This document shows, piece by piece, positions 8,966-18,204 of a DNA stretch of 64,000 nucleotides (position 1 is its first letter; each line of letters opens with the position of its first letter). The stretch covers positions 61,427 to 125,426 of the forward strand of contig DJWJ01000011.1 of the NCBI GenBank assembly GCA_002440965.1. The letters run 5' to 3'. The stretch is from Candidatus Omnitrophica bacterium UBA6233 (GTDB lineage: Bacteria > Omnitrophota > Gorgyraeia > Gygaellales > Profunditerraquicolaceae). Both the position numbers and the translations under genes were made by a program. The notes under the pieces were generated by a model. It saw only the letters and a list, made by a program, of their open reading frames with translations, did not search any database and was not told the origin of the DNA.

Positions 8966-11644
8966 TCACCCCACCAACGCCGTATTCAACTCCTCAATCA
9001 CTCCATCCAGATTATCTCCAAATACTTCTTTAGCCTTAATAATTCCTCCGCTGGCGCTGAAGGGCGGCAGGAGGAAATCGTTTTTATCCACACTACCGGA
9101 ACCGGCGATGTGCTCAGAGATCATCGTCAGCCACTGGATTTGTTTTGCGCTGAAAGTCTTACCTAAAAATTGCTGGTTTTTCAGCCATTCCTGAAAGCGA
9201 TGCTCAACATGTTCCTTAAACGGCTCCAGGACCTCCTCTTGATGTATAGCAAAACGCACCAGGGAAACGATATCGGTTAATTGTTTCTGAATCGAGGCCG
9301 GGCGCACTTTGGATTTTTCCAGCTGTTCATAGGCGCGCCAGAGAGTATCGGTGGTAAAGCCGTAAGGCGGCATTTCGATTCTTTCGGCTAATTCGCGGAT
9401 CTCTTCATAGGTAACATGACGCTTTTTATACGGCAGGTTATAGAGGATCTGCAAAGCAGTAATTTTGTCTTTGTTCTCGGCGATAAACTGCTCAAATTTC
9501 TTGACGATGGACGAAGCTTTATCTTTGGACTGCTGATCGAATCCTGACTGGGTAATTGTATCTATAGTAACAGTATCAATGGTTTGTTCGGTCTTTTTAT
9601 GAAGCACGGTTAAAAGCTCGCGAAATTCAGGATTATCAAAAGGCGCGCAGGCTTGGTCCCGATCAGCGACGATATCCGGATCAATGACTGAGACCAGATC
9701 GTTGACGATGTTAGACAAAGACTTGCCGCCGGATACGGCCTTGATCCGCTCAATATCCCGGGGTTCCAGATCCAGATCCAGGCGCGACAAGCGCGAGGCC
9801 AGGCTGGATAAAGTGTCATTGTCGCGGATGCCGATGGCAATATTATTCAGAAGTTTTAGCGTAGGAACGCTTTTTTGCCTATCCAACGGGAAGCTCTGGG
9901 TCTTCTCGCTTTCGCACACGCCTACGGCGTCAACCAGAATAAAATGGGTCTTAGTTTTGGCGTCAGGAGTTACAGCCATAAGGTCATCGGAATCAATTAC
10001 CCGCGTGCCGCGGCCTTTCATCTGCTCAAAGTATATTGCGGATTTAACGTCGCGCATAAAAAGAATACATTCCAGCGGCTTAATGTCGGTACCGGTAGAA
10101 ATCATGTCCACGGTTACGGCAATCCGGGGATTGAAACTATTGCGAAAGGCGGCGATCAGGTCGTCGGTGCTCTCCTGGGTGCGGTAGGTGATCTTCTTAC
10201 AGAAATCATTGCCTTTGCCGAATTCTTCGCGCACAATCTCGGTGATGTCTTCGGCGTGGCTGTCGTCTTTGGCAAAAATCAGGGTTTTGGGCACTTCAGT
10301 GCGGCCGGGGAAAATTTCCGTAGAAAGTTTATCCTTAAATTCCCGAATAACCGTGCGGATCTGGTCTTTAACTACAATACTGCGGTCAAGCTGATCCGGG
10401 GCATATTCGATGTCTTCGTCCAACTTTTCCCAACGGAGTTTGCGAGTAAGCCGGTCGCGTTTATCCACGTAGAAACCGGAAGGGATTTTGCCACCCTCTT
10501 CGGTGGTCTTAGTGCGGATGCGGTACACATCAAAGCCAACGTTGACTTTATCCGCGACTGCCCGGTTATGATCGTATTCCATGACTAAGTTTTTGTTGAA
10601 AAAACCGATGGTCTGATTTGAAGGAGTTGCGGTTAGGCCGATGATAAAAGAATCAAAGTATTCCAGGACCTGACGCCAAAGGTTGTAAATGGAGCGGTGG
10701 CATTCATCAACGATGATGAAATCAAAGGTTTCTACGGGAATTTTGCCGCTGAATTGCACTGCTTGCGGATCAATATCCGGGGCATCGGATTCATAAAGAG
10801 ACTTTTCATCGAGACTGGCGTCCAAATCCTGGTCACCTTTAAGCATGGAAAACAGGCGCTGAATAGTGGTAATGCAGACTTTGGCGCCGGGGTCAAAGAC
10901 GTTAGTGGTCATGTGCTGGACGATATAAAGATCAGTAAAGTTGCGATTATCGTCAAAAGGGATATAATTCTGGAACTCTTTTCTGACTTGCCGGCCCAGG
11001 GAACAGCGGTCAACCAAAAAGAGAATCCGGCGGGCTTTGGCAAATTTAATCAAGCGGTAAATCTCGCTGATAGCGGTGTAGGTTTTGCCACTGCCGGTAG
11101 CCATTTGCAACAGGGCGCGCGGCTTGGCTTGGCGCAAAGATTTTTCCAGGTTAGTGATAGCCTCGATCTGGCATTGGCGGAGATTATAGGGATCCAAAGG
11201 CGGTAATTCGCGCAGGCGCTGACGCAAAGATTTATCCTGTTCAAGCCAATCAGCTAACGTATCCGGGGAATGAAAAGCGAATACGCGGCGCGAACGGGCG
11301 TCCGGATCGCGGTTATTGCGGTAAAAAGTTTCTATGCCGGTGGATTCGTAAGCAACCGGAAGAATATCATCAACTCGGGGAAGATTATCGAGAACCGAAG
11401 AGTTATAGCGGGCGGTTTGCTCGGCAACTCCGGAAAGAGTAATCCCCTCAGCTTTAGCTTCTACTGTACCCACGGCTTTGCGGTCGACAAAAAGCATGTA
11501 ATCAGCCGGGCCGGATTTGGTAGGAAATTCACGCACAGCTACTCCCCTGCCGGCGGAAAGATTAATCTTACGGATATCCTGAATAATCCAGCCTGCTTCT
11601 TTTAATAACCCGTCAATCACCTGCCTCGCTTCGGCTTCGCTCAT
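8966..11644 (-). CDS. hsdR: Type I restriction enzyme R subunit HsdR
   Basis: An 892 aa ORF has the HsdR N-terminal nuclease region MSEAEARQVIDGLLKEAGW..KSGPADYMLFVDRKAVGTVEAKAEG. It has SF2 helicase motif I (MATGSGKTYTA) and motif II (IIVDECHRS). Its GC content is higher than the rest of the window. Confidence 0.9.
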   Translation of the reverse strand: MSEAEARQVIDGLLKEAGWIIQDIRKINLSAGRGVAVREFPTKSGPADYMLFVDRKAVGTVEAKAEGITLSGVAEQTARYNSSVLDNLPRVDDILPVAYESTGIETFYRNNRDPDARSRRVFAFHSPDTLADWLEQDKSLRQRLRELPPLDPYNLRQCQIEAITNLEKSLRQAKPRALLQMATGSGKTYTAISEIYRLIKFAKARRILFLVDRCSLGRQVRKEFQNYIPFDDNRNFTDLYIVQHMTTNVFDPGAKVCITTIQRLFSMLKGDQDLDASLDEKSLYESDAPDIDPQAVQFSGKIPVETFDFIIVDECHRSIYNLWRQVLEYFDSFIIGLTATPSNQTIGFFNKNLVMEYDHNRAVADKVNVGFDVYRIRTKTTEEGGKIPSGFYVDKRDRLTRKLRWEKLDEDIEYAPDQLDRSIVVKDQIRTVIREFKDKLSTEIFPGRTEVPKTLIFAKDDSHAEDITEIVREEFGKGNDFCKKITYRTQESTDDLIAAFRNSFNPRIAVTVDMISTGTDIKPLECILFMRDVKSAIYFEQMKGRGTRVIDSDDLMAVTPDAKTKTHFILVDAVGVCESEKTQSFPLDRQKSVPTLKLLNNIAIGIRDNDTLSSLASRLSRLDLDLEPRDIERIKAVSGGKSLSNIVNDLVSVIDPDIVADRDQACAPFDNPEFRELLTVLHKKTEQTIDTVTIDTITQSGFDQQSKDKASSIVKKFEQFIAENKDKITALQILYNLPYKKRHVTYEEIRELAERIEMPPYGFTTDTLWRAYEQLEKSKVRPASIQKQLTDIVSLVRFAIHQEEVLEPFKEHVEHRFQEWLKNQQFLGKTFSAKQIQWLTMISEHIAGSGSVDKNDFLLPPFSASGGIIKAKEVFGDNLDGVIEELNTALVG

Positions 11645-11730
11645 ATTCTTTTCTCAAATAAAAACCCGACCGTGTGGCCGGGTTGAATATAGTTATAAAT
11701 ATAAAATGATAAAAAATTAGATAAAGACAT
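11641..11730 (-). CDS. Candidate 29-codon leader ORF translationally coupled to hsdR (ATGA overlap)
   Basis: The reverse complement is AGGAGaaaaaATG..., encoding MSLSNFLSFYIYNYIQPGHTVGFLFEKRI*. The stop TGA overlaps the hsdR ATG as ATGA. A hairpin plus T-run lies inside this ORF. It falls below the ORF-track length cutoff. Confidence 0.35.
   Translation of the reverse strand: MSLSNFLSFYIYNYIQPGHTVGFLFEKRI
11652..11684 (-). terminator. Intrinsic-terminator-like hairpin plus T-tract on the minus strand
   Basis: On the minus strand the sequence is AACCCGGCCACACGGTCGGGTT followed by TTTATTTG. The stem is 6-8 bp with a 4-nt loop. It ends 8 nt before the hsdR ATG. Confidence 0.35.
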
Positions 11731-11750
11731 TTTTTCTCCTAAGTTGTTTG

Positions 11751-11779
11751 ATTATAACACTTTTGGGGGGAGAAATACA
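11751..11779 (-). promoter_or_regulatory. Putative sigma70 promoter with an extended -10 (TGtTATAAT) upstream of the hsdR leader
   Basis: The minus strand reads gTGtTATAAT at 11760..11751. The -35 (TGTATT) is weak. The predicted TSS is about 14 nt upstream of the AGGAG of the leader ORF. Confidence 0.3.
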
Positions 11780-11805
11780 GGAAAAAGCGGCCCCCTGATT
11801 TTTTA

Positions 11806-13212
11806 CTATCGGGGTGAGTTTTTTAGCAATAGGATTACTTGGGAGAGGTTGCGCAGGGCGGATTCCGGGCGGTAGGAGGCGACTTTGGAGTTTACTTCCC
11901 TCACCTTTTCATAGCCGTAGGTTTGGATTAGCCCCAGGTAGGTTTCGATTTTTTCTAAGTCTTTGGGCTCATTGAGTTGGGCGGAAAGCTGGCAGGCTTG
12001 TTGAGTCAAATCAGGGGTGTATTTATCGGATAATGCCTGGAGCGCTTGCCGGAATTGTTCCGGGGATTGCAAAGGATTCAGGCGGTAGTCGTTAGCCGGG
12101 CGTTTGTCGAATTCTCCTTCTTTTTCGGGCCTGTGCCTGTAAACTTCCAGAATATTTTCCTTTTCCAGTTCGGTTATGGCGCTGGTAATCGAGCGCTCAG
12201 AGATGTAATATATCCGGCTTAAGTCGGCGTTACTTCTGAACCAATAGGGATTATGGCTGGATCTTTGGGCTTCGCTCAGAGAAACTAAAAACATATATTT
12301 TGCCGCAAAGGAAAGTTTTTGGCAGAAACCATAATCCCAATAAGTATCCGGAATAGTAATGTTTTCCGTAAAGGATGTGTAGATGAGTTCAAGATTTTTG
12401 CTCCAGGGTTTATGCTGGATGAGGCCGTATTTTCGGGTTAGCTTTCTTAGAGGCTGAAAAAGATTAAAATAGTAATTATTGGTGTAACCCAGGGCTTGGC
12501 CGAATTCCGGATAGTTGATTTTTATGACGGATGAATGTTCGCTTTGGGCTTTTTTTGCCAGATACAAATACAGGTCAAAGGCTTTTTCCGAGTGGCTGGT
12601 GAAGAGTTCAAATAAAAGAGGATTGGGCGCGGAAGTTAAAAGGCTAACCGGCAGTTTCAAACCCGGCAGTTGTTGAGGCTGGATAGGCGGATTAAGGCTT
12701 AATTCGATTTTAGAGATATAATCCAGCAGTTTCCCGGCTTGCCTCGGGCTTTCGGTGTAAACGGCGAATTCGTAGTTGTCGCGCAAAGAGGCGCGGGTCC
12801 AGTTAAAACTGCCGAGGATACAAATTTTGGAATCGATGACCAGGCCTTTGCCGTGAAGCACGGCTTTAGAGCTATCGATGGCTGCATTTACGCCGGCTTG
12901 CCGGAGGCGTTTATAGGCGTTGTAATTGACTTTGAAGGTAGTGTCATCCAGGATAACCTTCACGTATACGCCTCTATTTTTAGCGCTGATCAGGCCTTCC
13001 AGGAGGATTGAAGCGGGGTTATCAGTGGGCGCGGGTTCCACGCTAATGAGATAGATGGCTACGTAGATTGATTTTTGCGCTTTTTGGATAGCTTGGAGGG
13101 TAGTCAGGAAATAATCTTTGCCGATGAGAATATCGCTGCGCTCGCCGGCAAAAACAGGCGCAAAGCTAAAGGCAAATAAAGTTATAAGGATTATGAGTAA
13201 GTATCGACGCAT
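11806..13212 (-). CDS. Secreted PLD-family (single HKD motif) protein with a C-terminal region of unknown function
   Basis: A 468 aa ORF has an N-terminal signal-peptide-like segment MRRYLLIILITLFAFSFAPVFAG. It has the HKD motif LHGKGLVIDSKICILGSFNWT. The C-terminal ~250 aa are unassigned. The coding sequence is GC-rich. Confidence 0.7.
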   Translation of the reverse strand: MRRYLLIILITLFAFSFAPVFAGERSDILIGKDYFLTTLQAIQKAQKSIYVAIYLISVEPAPTDNPASILLEGLISAKNRGVYVKVILDDTTFKVNYNAYKRLRQAGVNAAIDSSKAVLHGKGLVIDSKICILGSFNWTRASLRDNYEFAVYTESPRQAGKLLDYISKIELSLNPPIQPQQLPGLKLPVSLLTSAPNPLLFELFTSHSEKAFDLYLYLAKKAQSEHSSVIKINYPEFGQALGYTNNYYFNLFQPLRKLTRKYGLIQHKPWSKNLELIYTSFTENITIPDTYWDYGFCQKLSFAAKYMFLVSLSEAQRSSHNPYWFRSNADLSRIYYISERSITSAITELEKENILEVYRHRPEKEGEFDKRPANDYRLNPLQSPEQFRQALQALSDKYTPDLTQQACQLSAQLNEPKDLEKIETYLGLIQTYGYEKVREVNSKVASYRPESALRNLSQVILLLKNSPR

Positions 13213-13315
13213 AGAGGAATCTTCTTTTATAATCAGGGGCCACTTTCCTGTCCGGCCTTCGTGGATAGCCTACTACGGAAGATGTCCCTTTTTATTTCAT
13301 TCCACTTACTATATG

Positions 13316-13819
13316 TCAAAATTCAATGCCCCGGCGGGCATATATGCCATTCTTGAAATAGTGTTTGATTTCTTTTATTTCGCTGACCAGATCGGCTGCT
13401 TTTATTATTTTGGGGTGGGCAGAGCGGCCGGTAAGAATCAATTCTTTTTTCTTAGGAAGGCATTTTATAAGGCCTAAAACATCTTTTAAACCGATAAGCT
13501 TAAGCTTTAAGGCGACGTTTATCTCATCGAGCACGACTAATGAATATTTTTTCTCCAGTATCGCTTTTTTAGCCGCCCTTAACCCGGATTGCGCCAGCTT
13601 GATATCTTCTTGCCGGGGTAAACGGCGGATAAAACATTTTGCCCCGAATTGTTCAACTTTTATATCCTTAAATTTCTTTAAAGAACGCAGCTCACCGTAA
13701 TATTTGCCTTTTAAGAATTGACAGATATATACCTTTTTGCCGGCGCCGGCTGCCCTTAAAGTTAAACCCAATGCCGCGGTAGTTTTACCTTTTCCGTTAC
13801 CGGTATATACCTGAATCAC
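13316..13819 (-). CDS. cobO: Cob(I)alamin/cob(I)yrinic acid a,c-diamide adenosyltransferase (CobO/BtuR family)
   Basis: A 167 aa ORF has the N-terminal MIQVYTGNGKGKTTAALGL typical of CobA/CobO. Confidence 0.8.
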   Translation of the reverse strand: MIQVYTGNGKGKTTAALGLTLRAAGAGKKVYICQFLKGKYYGELRSLKKFKDIKVEQFGAKCFIRRLPRQEDIKLAQSGLRAAKKAILEKKYSLVVLDEINVALKLKLIGLKDVLGLIKCLPKKKELILTGRSAHPKIIKAADLVSEIKEIKHYFKNGIYARRGIEF

Positions 13820-13873
13820 CCCATTGCTCCTTGTTTAACGAACTTAAGCGAGTAGGCAGTATTTAGGGAAAAC

Positions 13874-14536
13874 CTACCTGCTGCCTGCTTTTATAATGAA
13901 TTTTATGAATCTAAACGTATCTACGATGGGGTTAATCTGGCTCTTCTCTCCCCGGTAGACTGTTTTAATCGGAACTGACGCTATCTTAAAACCCGCCCTT
14001 GAGGCGTTAAGCAATATTTCGGTCTCTATTTCAAAGTTGGAAGTCTTTAATTCGATTTTTTCGAGCGCGCGCCTTTTAATCAGCCGGTATCCGCACTGGG
14101 TGTCGGGAATCTTCTGTTTGCATAAAAGCGAGATCATCCACGACATAAACCTGTTGGTAATTATACGGATGAACGGCATATTCTTTGTATAGCTCATCCG
14201 GTTGCCTACCACTATGCCAGCCTCGGAAGTAACGGCCAGGTTTATAAAACCCGGTAAATCTTCCGGCAAATGCTGCCCATCGCCATCCATAACTAGCGCG
14301 GCGTCAAAACCGTTTTCTATGACATAACGAAAACCCTTTTTCAAGCAAGCGCCTTTGCCCTGATTGACAGAATTACGCAAAACTGTCGCTCCCGCGGCTT
14401 GCGCAAGCTCGGCAGTGGAATCGGCTGAACCGTCATCTACCACCAACACATCCGGATTTTTTTCTTTAATTTCCTTTATAAGCCGGGCTATTTCTTTAGA
14501 CTCATTATATGTAGGAATAATAACACAGATTTTCAT
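13874..14536 (-). CDS. Family 2 glycosyltransferase (polyprenyl-phosphate sugar transferase-like)
   Basis: A 220 aa ORF has MKICVIIPTYNE..VVDDGSADST and DGDGQH motifs of the GT2 family. Confidence 0.8.
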   Translation of the reverse strand: MKICVIIPTYNESKEIARLIKEIKEKNPDVLVVDDGSADSTAELAQAAGATVLRNSVNQGKGACLKKGFRYVIENGFDAALVMDGDGQHLPEDLPGFINLAVTSEAGIVVGNRMSYTKNMPFIRIITNRFMSWMISLLCKQKIPDTQCGYRLIKRRALEKIELKTSNFEIETEILLNASRAGFKIASVPIKTVYRGEKSQINPIVDTFRFIKFIIKAGSR

Positions 14537-14600
14537 CGTTCGACTCCCTTTGGTCGCTCACGATGACCCTGAGCAAGCACAGCGCGTCGAAGGGTCATTC
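14537..14600. repeat. R1 hairpin repeat, copy 1, between lpxL and the GT2 gene
   Basis: The sequence cgTTCGACTCcctttggTCGCTCACgATGAcCCTGAG..AAGGGTcAT is homologous to the elements at 32967-33023 and 53964-54066. The inverted arms are ATGACCCT and AGGGTCAT. Confidence 0.7.
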
Positions 14601-15452
14601 TTTCCAAAATCTCCTAAACATATACCATTGCTCCGGGTAACTACGGACATACTCTTCCAAAACCATCTTGTATCGAATAAGAATCTCGCGAATATCCTTT
14701 TCATTATCCCCGGTAGGAACATATTCAATAGGCTTATTCATTACCAAATCAAAACTATCATCTTTATTTCTAAGCATAAACCCCGGAATTATCCGGGCTT
14801 TGGTTTTTAAAGAGATAGCCGCGGGGCCTAAGGGAAAAACGCTGGGTTTAGCGAAAAAATCGATAACTACGCCTTTACCTGTAAAATCGCGGTCTCCTAC
14901 CAAACCCAATAATTCATTCTTTTTTAAAGCTCTCAGGCAACCTTTGGCAGCGCTTCCCAGAGGAAAAACCCTTACGCCTTTACTCTCTCTTTGCCGATTA
15001 AAAAAAGCGTCTACCGCTTTGGATTTATGACGCAAGGCAACGGTTATGAAAGGATAACCCAGCATCGAAATTACTACCCCTCCCAATTCCCAATTTCCCA
15101 GATGCGCGGTTAACAAAATTACTCCGTTGCCCTCGGTAAGAGCGCTATCCACATAATGCATATTTCTTACATGGATATTTTCTTTTATATATTTCATATC
15201 CAGCTTGTCAAAACGAAAAAAATCGACGAGATATTTGGCAAAATTCCGGAAAAGCTGCCTGCGAACGATGGAAATCTCACGATTGCCCTTTTCCGGAAAG
15301 ATAGCTTTAAGATTATCAACCACCCACTTCCGGTCAAGAAAAGCAACCATAGAATACAAATCAGCGGCAAACTCTGCCAGCCGGTAACCGTTCTTTACCG
15401 GCATACTTAATGCGAGCAGTTGGGCAAGTTTATATAAGAAATACTTGGGCAT
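14595..15452 (-). CDS. lpxL: Lipid A biosynthesis (Kdo2-lipid IVA) acyltransferase, LpxL/HtrB family
   Basis: A 285 aa ORF shows the typical N-terminal pattern YFLYKLAQLLALSMP..RRQLFRNFAKYLVDFF of LpxL-type lysophospholipid acyltransferases. Confidence 0.75.
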   Translation of the reverse strand: MPKYFLYKLAQLLALSMPVKNGYRLAEFAADLYSMVAFLDRKWVVDNLKAIFPEKGNREISIVRRQLFRNFAKYLVDFFRFDKLDMKYIKENIHVRNMHYVDSALTEGNGVILLTAHLGNWELGGVVISMLGYPFITVALRHKSKAVDAFFNRQRESKGVRVFPLGSAAKGCLRALKKNELLGLVGDRDFTGKGVVIDFFAKPSVFPLGPAAISLKTKARIIPGFMLRNKDDSFDLVMNKPIEYVPTGDNEKDIREILIRYKMVLEEYVRSYPEQWYMFRRFWKE

Positions 15453-15462
15453 TAATGATATG

Positions 15463-16605
15463 TTATTTTTTAAGCAATAGGCGGGCTATATCCATGCTGG
15501 AATTCGGCCTGCCGATCTGCTTCGCAGCTTCTTGAAGCTGTTTAAGCGTATAAGGATTATTCAAAAGCCCGTCAATAACAGAATTGATCTTTTGCGGCTC
15601 ATCAACTTTAATCGCCGCGCCTTTTTTGGTAAGATAAGCTGTATTATTCGCCTCCTGTCCCGGCAAAGGTTCAACGATAATCATGGGTTTGCCTTTGGCA
15701 AGAACCTCGGAAGTAGTTACTCCCCCGGGTTTGCTTATCACGATATCCGCAATATGCATTAATTCATTGATGTTTTGAGCGTAACCAAAAATAATTATTT
15801 TCTTCTTATATTTCTTTATCTTGCGCTTTAAGGAGTTATAAAGTTTTTTATTAGTCCCGGTAACTACGATTTCCTGAATATCTTTATCTACTTTTTCCAA
15901 AGACTTAACAATGGTTTTTATGGGGCCTAATCCCTGGCCTCCGCCCATAACCAATAACGTGGGAAGCTCAGGAGAAAGCTTATGCTTGTGGAAAATGGCA
16001 TCCCTGTCTAAGGGTTCGTTAAATCTCGGGTCAAACGGAATACCCAGCGATTTTACCTTTTCAGCGGCAATACCTTTATCAATCAAACGCCGGCTTACAT
16101 CTTCAGATGGAGTGATATAGCAATCCACAGAATCATAAACCCAATAAGAATGCGGCACATAATCGGTCAACACCGCAATTAAAGGAAGATTCAAGCCGTA
16201 TTTCTTCTTATAATAAGCGACCATTCCGCAGGGAAAAGCCTGAGTGCAAACAACTACATCCGGCTTGAGCTTGTCAAAAAGCCTTTTCAATTTAGGGGTA
16301 TTCTTTTTGTGGACATTGTGTTTTGCCCCTTCAAGGCACTTTACAATCTCAGGATTATCATAAAGGTAATCCCAGATGCCCGGAGCAACCCTGATTATCC
16401 CCATATAAATACTATTGACGATTTTCTCGGCTATCGGGTTCGTATAATTAAAAGCATTGATGTTCGATATCTCTGCCTGCGGCTCAAGGACTCTAAGCGC
16501 CTTTTCAATAGCAATGGTAGCGCTGTGATGGCCGGAAACCTCCGAGATATACATTAATACTATACGCTTAGGATACATATATTTTAGATTTTCCCTTCCT
16601 GGCAT
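15463..16605 (-). CDS. GT28-family diacylglycerol glycosyltransferase (MGDG synthase / UgtP-like)
   Basis: A 380 aa ORF has an MGDG-synthase-like N-domain and a GT-B C-domain with the G-rich loop LLVMGGGQGLG. Confidence 0.65.
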   Translation of the reverse strand: MPGRENLKYMYPKRIVLMYISEVSGHHSATIAIEKALRVLEPQAEISNINAFNYTNPIAEKIVNSIYMGIIRVAPGIWDYLYDNPEIVKCLEGAKHNVHKKNTPKLKRLFDKLKPDVVVCTQAFPCGMVAYYKKKYGLNLPLIAVLTDYVPHSYWVYDSVDCYITPSEDVSRRLIDKGIAAEKVKSLGIPFDPRFNEPLDRDAIFHKHKLSPELPTLLVMGGGQGLGPIKTIVKSLEKVDKDIQEIVVTGTNKKLYNSLKRKIKKYKKKIIIFGYAQNINELMHIADIVISKPGGVTTSEVLAKGKPMIIVEPLPGQEANNTAYLTKKGAAIKVDEPQKINSVIDGLLNNPYTLKQLQEAAKQIGRPNSSMDIARLLLKK

Positions 16606-17750
16606 AATTCCAGAAAAACCTCGGTTACGCGGGAGCTAAACTGCAGATTGCTCAATTTCCCGATTTCTTTTACAGCGTCATCTTTATATAAAGCGGTGCG
16701 ATACGGCCTATCCGAAGTCATAGCGTCATAAGAATCCGCTACGGATATGATAGAAGCAATCAAAGGAATCTGCTCGCCCTTAAGCCCTTCGGGATAGCCC
16801 CGTCCGTCAGGCCTCTCATGATGGTATTTTATACCAACCAGAGAATGCTCAAGCTCCTTAATTGGCCTGAGAATATTCACTCCGATCTCGGGATGTTTCT
16901 TGATTTTATTCCTTTCGCCAATAGTTAAGCTTCCTCTCTTATTAAGTATTTGTTCGGGAACGCCGATCTTGCCGACGTCATGCAAAAGGCTGGCTATATG
17001 CAAGTTCTCGAGAAATTTATTGTCTACAATCTTTTTGTTTTTCTGCGCCAGGCGTTTGGCTATCTCGATGCTTAAATTAGTAACCCGCGTTGTGTGCCCA
17101 TGGGTATAGTTATCCTTCGCTTCTATAGCAGCGACAAGGGCTATGGTTGTCCGCATAAAAAGCTGGTGTTTTTTATCCAATTCGGATTTTAATTCTTTAA
17201 ATAAATAGGCATTCCTTATAGCCATCGACATATTTGAAGCCAAGGCGACGAAAAAATCCTGTTCCTGGATGGAAATTTTGCTTCCATTCTTTTTCTTGCC
17301 CAGCAATAATATGCCTAATAGCTCATCCCGGTAATAACTGGGCACGCAAGTAACGGTCTCCAGCAAGCCCATTTGATACAAAACATCTCCCATAAGAGAC
17401 TTCAACCGCTCTTTGGTATCCGGGTTCTTAAGAGCGTTCTGAATATTCTCTACAGTCAGGGCTTCGTTGTTGAATAAAAGCCTGTTATCCCTCTCTCTAA
17501 AAAAACGGATAAGCGAATCATCTTTATCGAAACAAGCCAAACCTATCGGCACTTTCTTGGCTAAAGAACCCCCTGAAACAGTGAGCACATACGCCTGCCT
17601 TTCGGGCTTAAAAAGCAAAATACTCGCGTGCTCCACTTTTACCTTATCGACTACCATCCGCACGATTATTTTGATAAGTAAATCGGGATCGTGCACGAAA
17701 ATCATATTCCGCGCGGCAGTTTCCAGTTCTTTTTTAAAATCTATCGCCAT
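16584..17750 (-). CDS. GAF-domain HD-GYP phosphodiesterase (c-di-GMP signalling)
   Basis: A 388 aa ORF has the HD motif LLHDVGKIGVP and the GYP motif HHERPDGRGYPEGL. Confidence 0.8.
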   Translation of the reverse strand: MAIDFKKELETAARNMIFVHDPDLLIKIIVRMVVDKVKVEHASILLFKPERQAYVLTVSGGSLAKKVPIGLACFDKDDSLIRFFRERDNRLLFNNEALTVENIQNALKNPDTKERLKSLMGDVLYQMGLLETVTCVPSYYRDELLGILLLGKKKNGSKISIQEQDFFVALASNMSMAIRNAYLFKELKSELDKKHQLFMRTTIALVAAIEAKDNYTHGHTTRVTNLSIEIAKRLAQKNKKIVDNKFLENLHIASLLHDVGKIGVPEQILNKRGSLTIGERNKIKKHPEIGVNILRPIKELEHSLVGIKYHHERPDGRGYPEGLKGEQIPLIASIISVADSYDAMTSDRPYRTALYKDDAVKEIGKLSNLQFSSRVTEVFLELCQEGKI

Positions 17751-17756
17751 TGGGTT

Positions 17757-17990
17757 TTATCTCTCTTCAATTATGCCTAAAACTTCGCCCACCTTAACCG
17801 GCATACCTTCTGGAACCATAATTTCAGAAAGCATCCCGGAGCAGGGACTCGGTAAATTAAACGTGGACTTATCCGTAGCCAGCTCTACCAAGTCGTCTTT
17901 TTCCCCTACCTTCTCTCCGACTTTAAAATACCAATAAGAAACTGTCGCCTTATCAATCCCTTCCCCTAATTCAGGTAAAACTATCTTCAT
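17757..17990 (-). CDS. Stand-alone lipoyl/biotinyl-attachment domain protein
   Basis: A 77 aa ORF has LVELATDKSTFNLPSP with the conserved Lys in a beta-hairpin context, like 2-oxoacid dehydrogenase E2 lipoyl domains or the GcvH fold. Confidence 0.6.
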   Translation of the reverse strand: MKIVLPELGEGIDKATVSYWYFKVGEKVGEKDDLVELATDKSTFNLPSPCSGMLSEIMVPEGMPVKVGEVLGIIEER

Positions 17991-18204
17991 TACTTCTCCC
18001 GCTTTTTGTCTATAAAATAAAGGCCTTTGCTTTTGAATTTATTTTTTTCCATTCCCGGCTAATCCCTCTTTATAATCAGCCCAAGGCTTAGCTTGAGATA
18101 ACGCATTGCGCATATTAATAGATTATTATATCCATGCCTCAAGATCTAATCAAGGGAAAATTGGACAAATCTTTAAATCGCGGCTGTTTTCTATTTTTTG
18201 AGTT

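Noticed and set aside
9875-10588. A 237-aa plus-strand ORF, and other long plus-strand ORFs (for example 33562-34320, 41578-42168, 14364-14810)
   Set aside because: All lie entirely inside strongly supported minus-strand genes (hsdR, rplR/rplF, tuf, the GT2 gene/lpxL). They have no motifs or RBS support. They are shadow ORFs.
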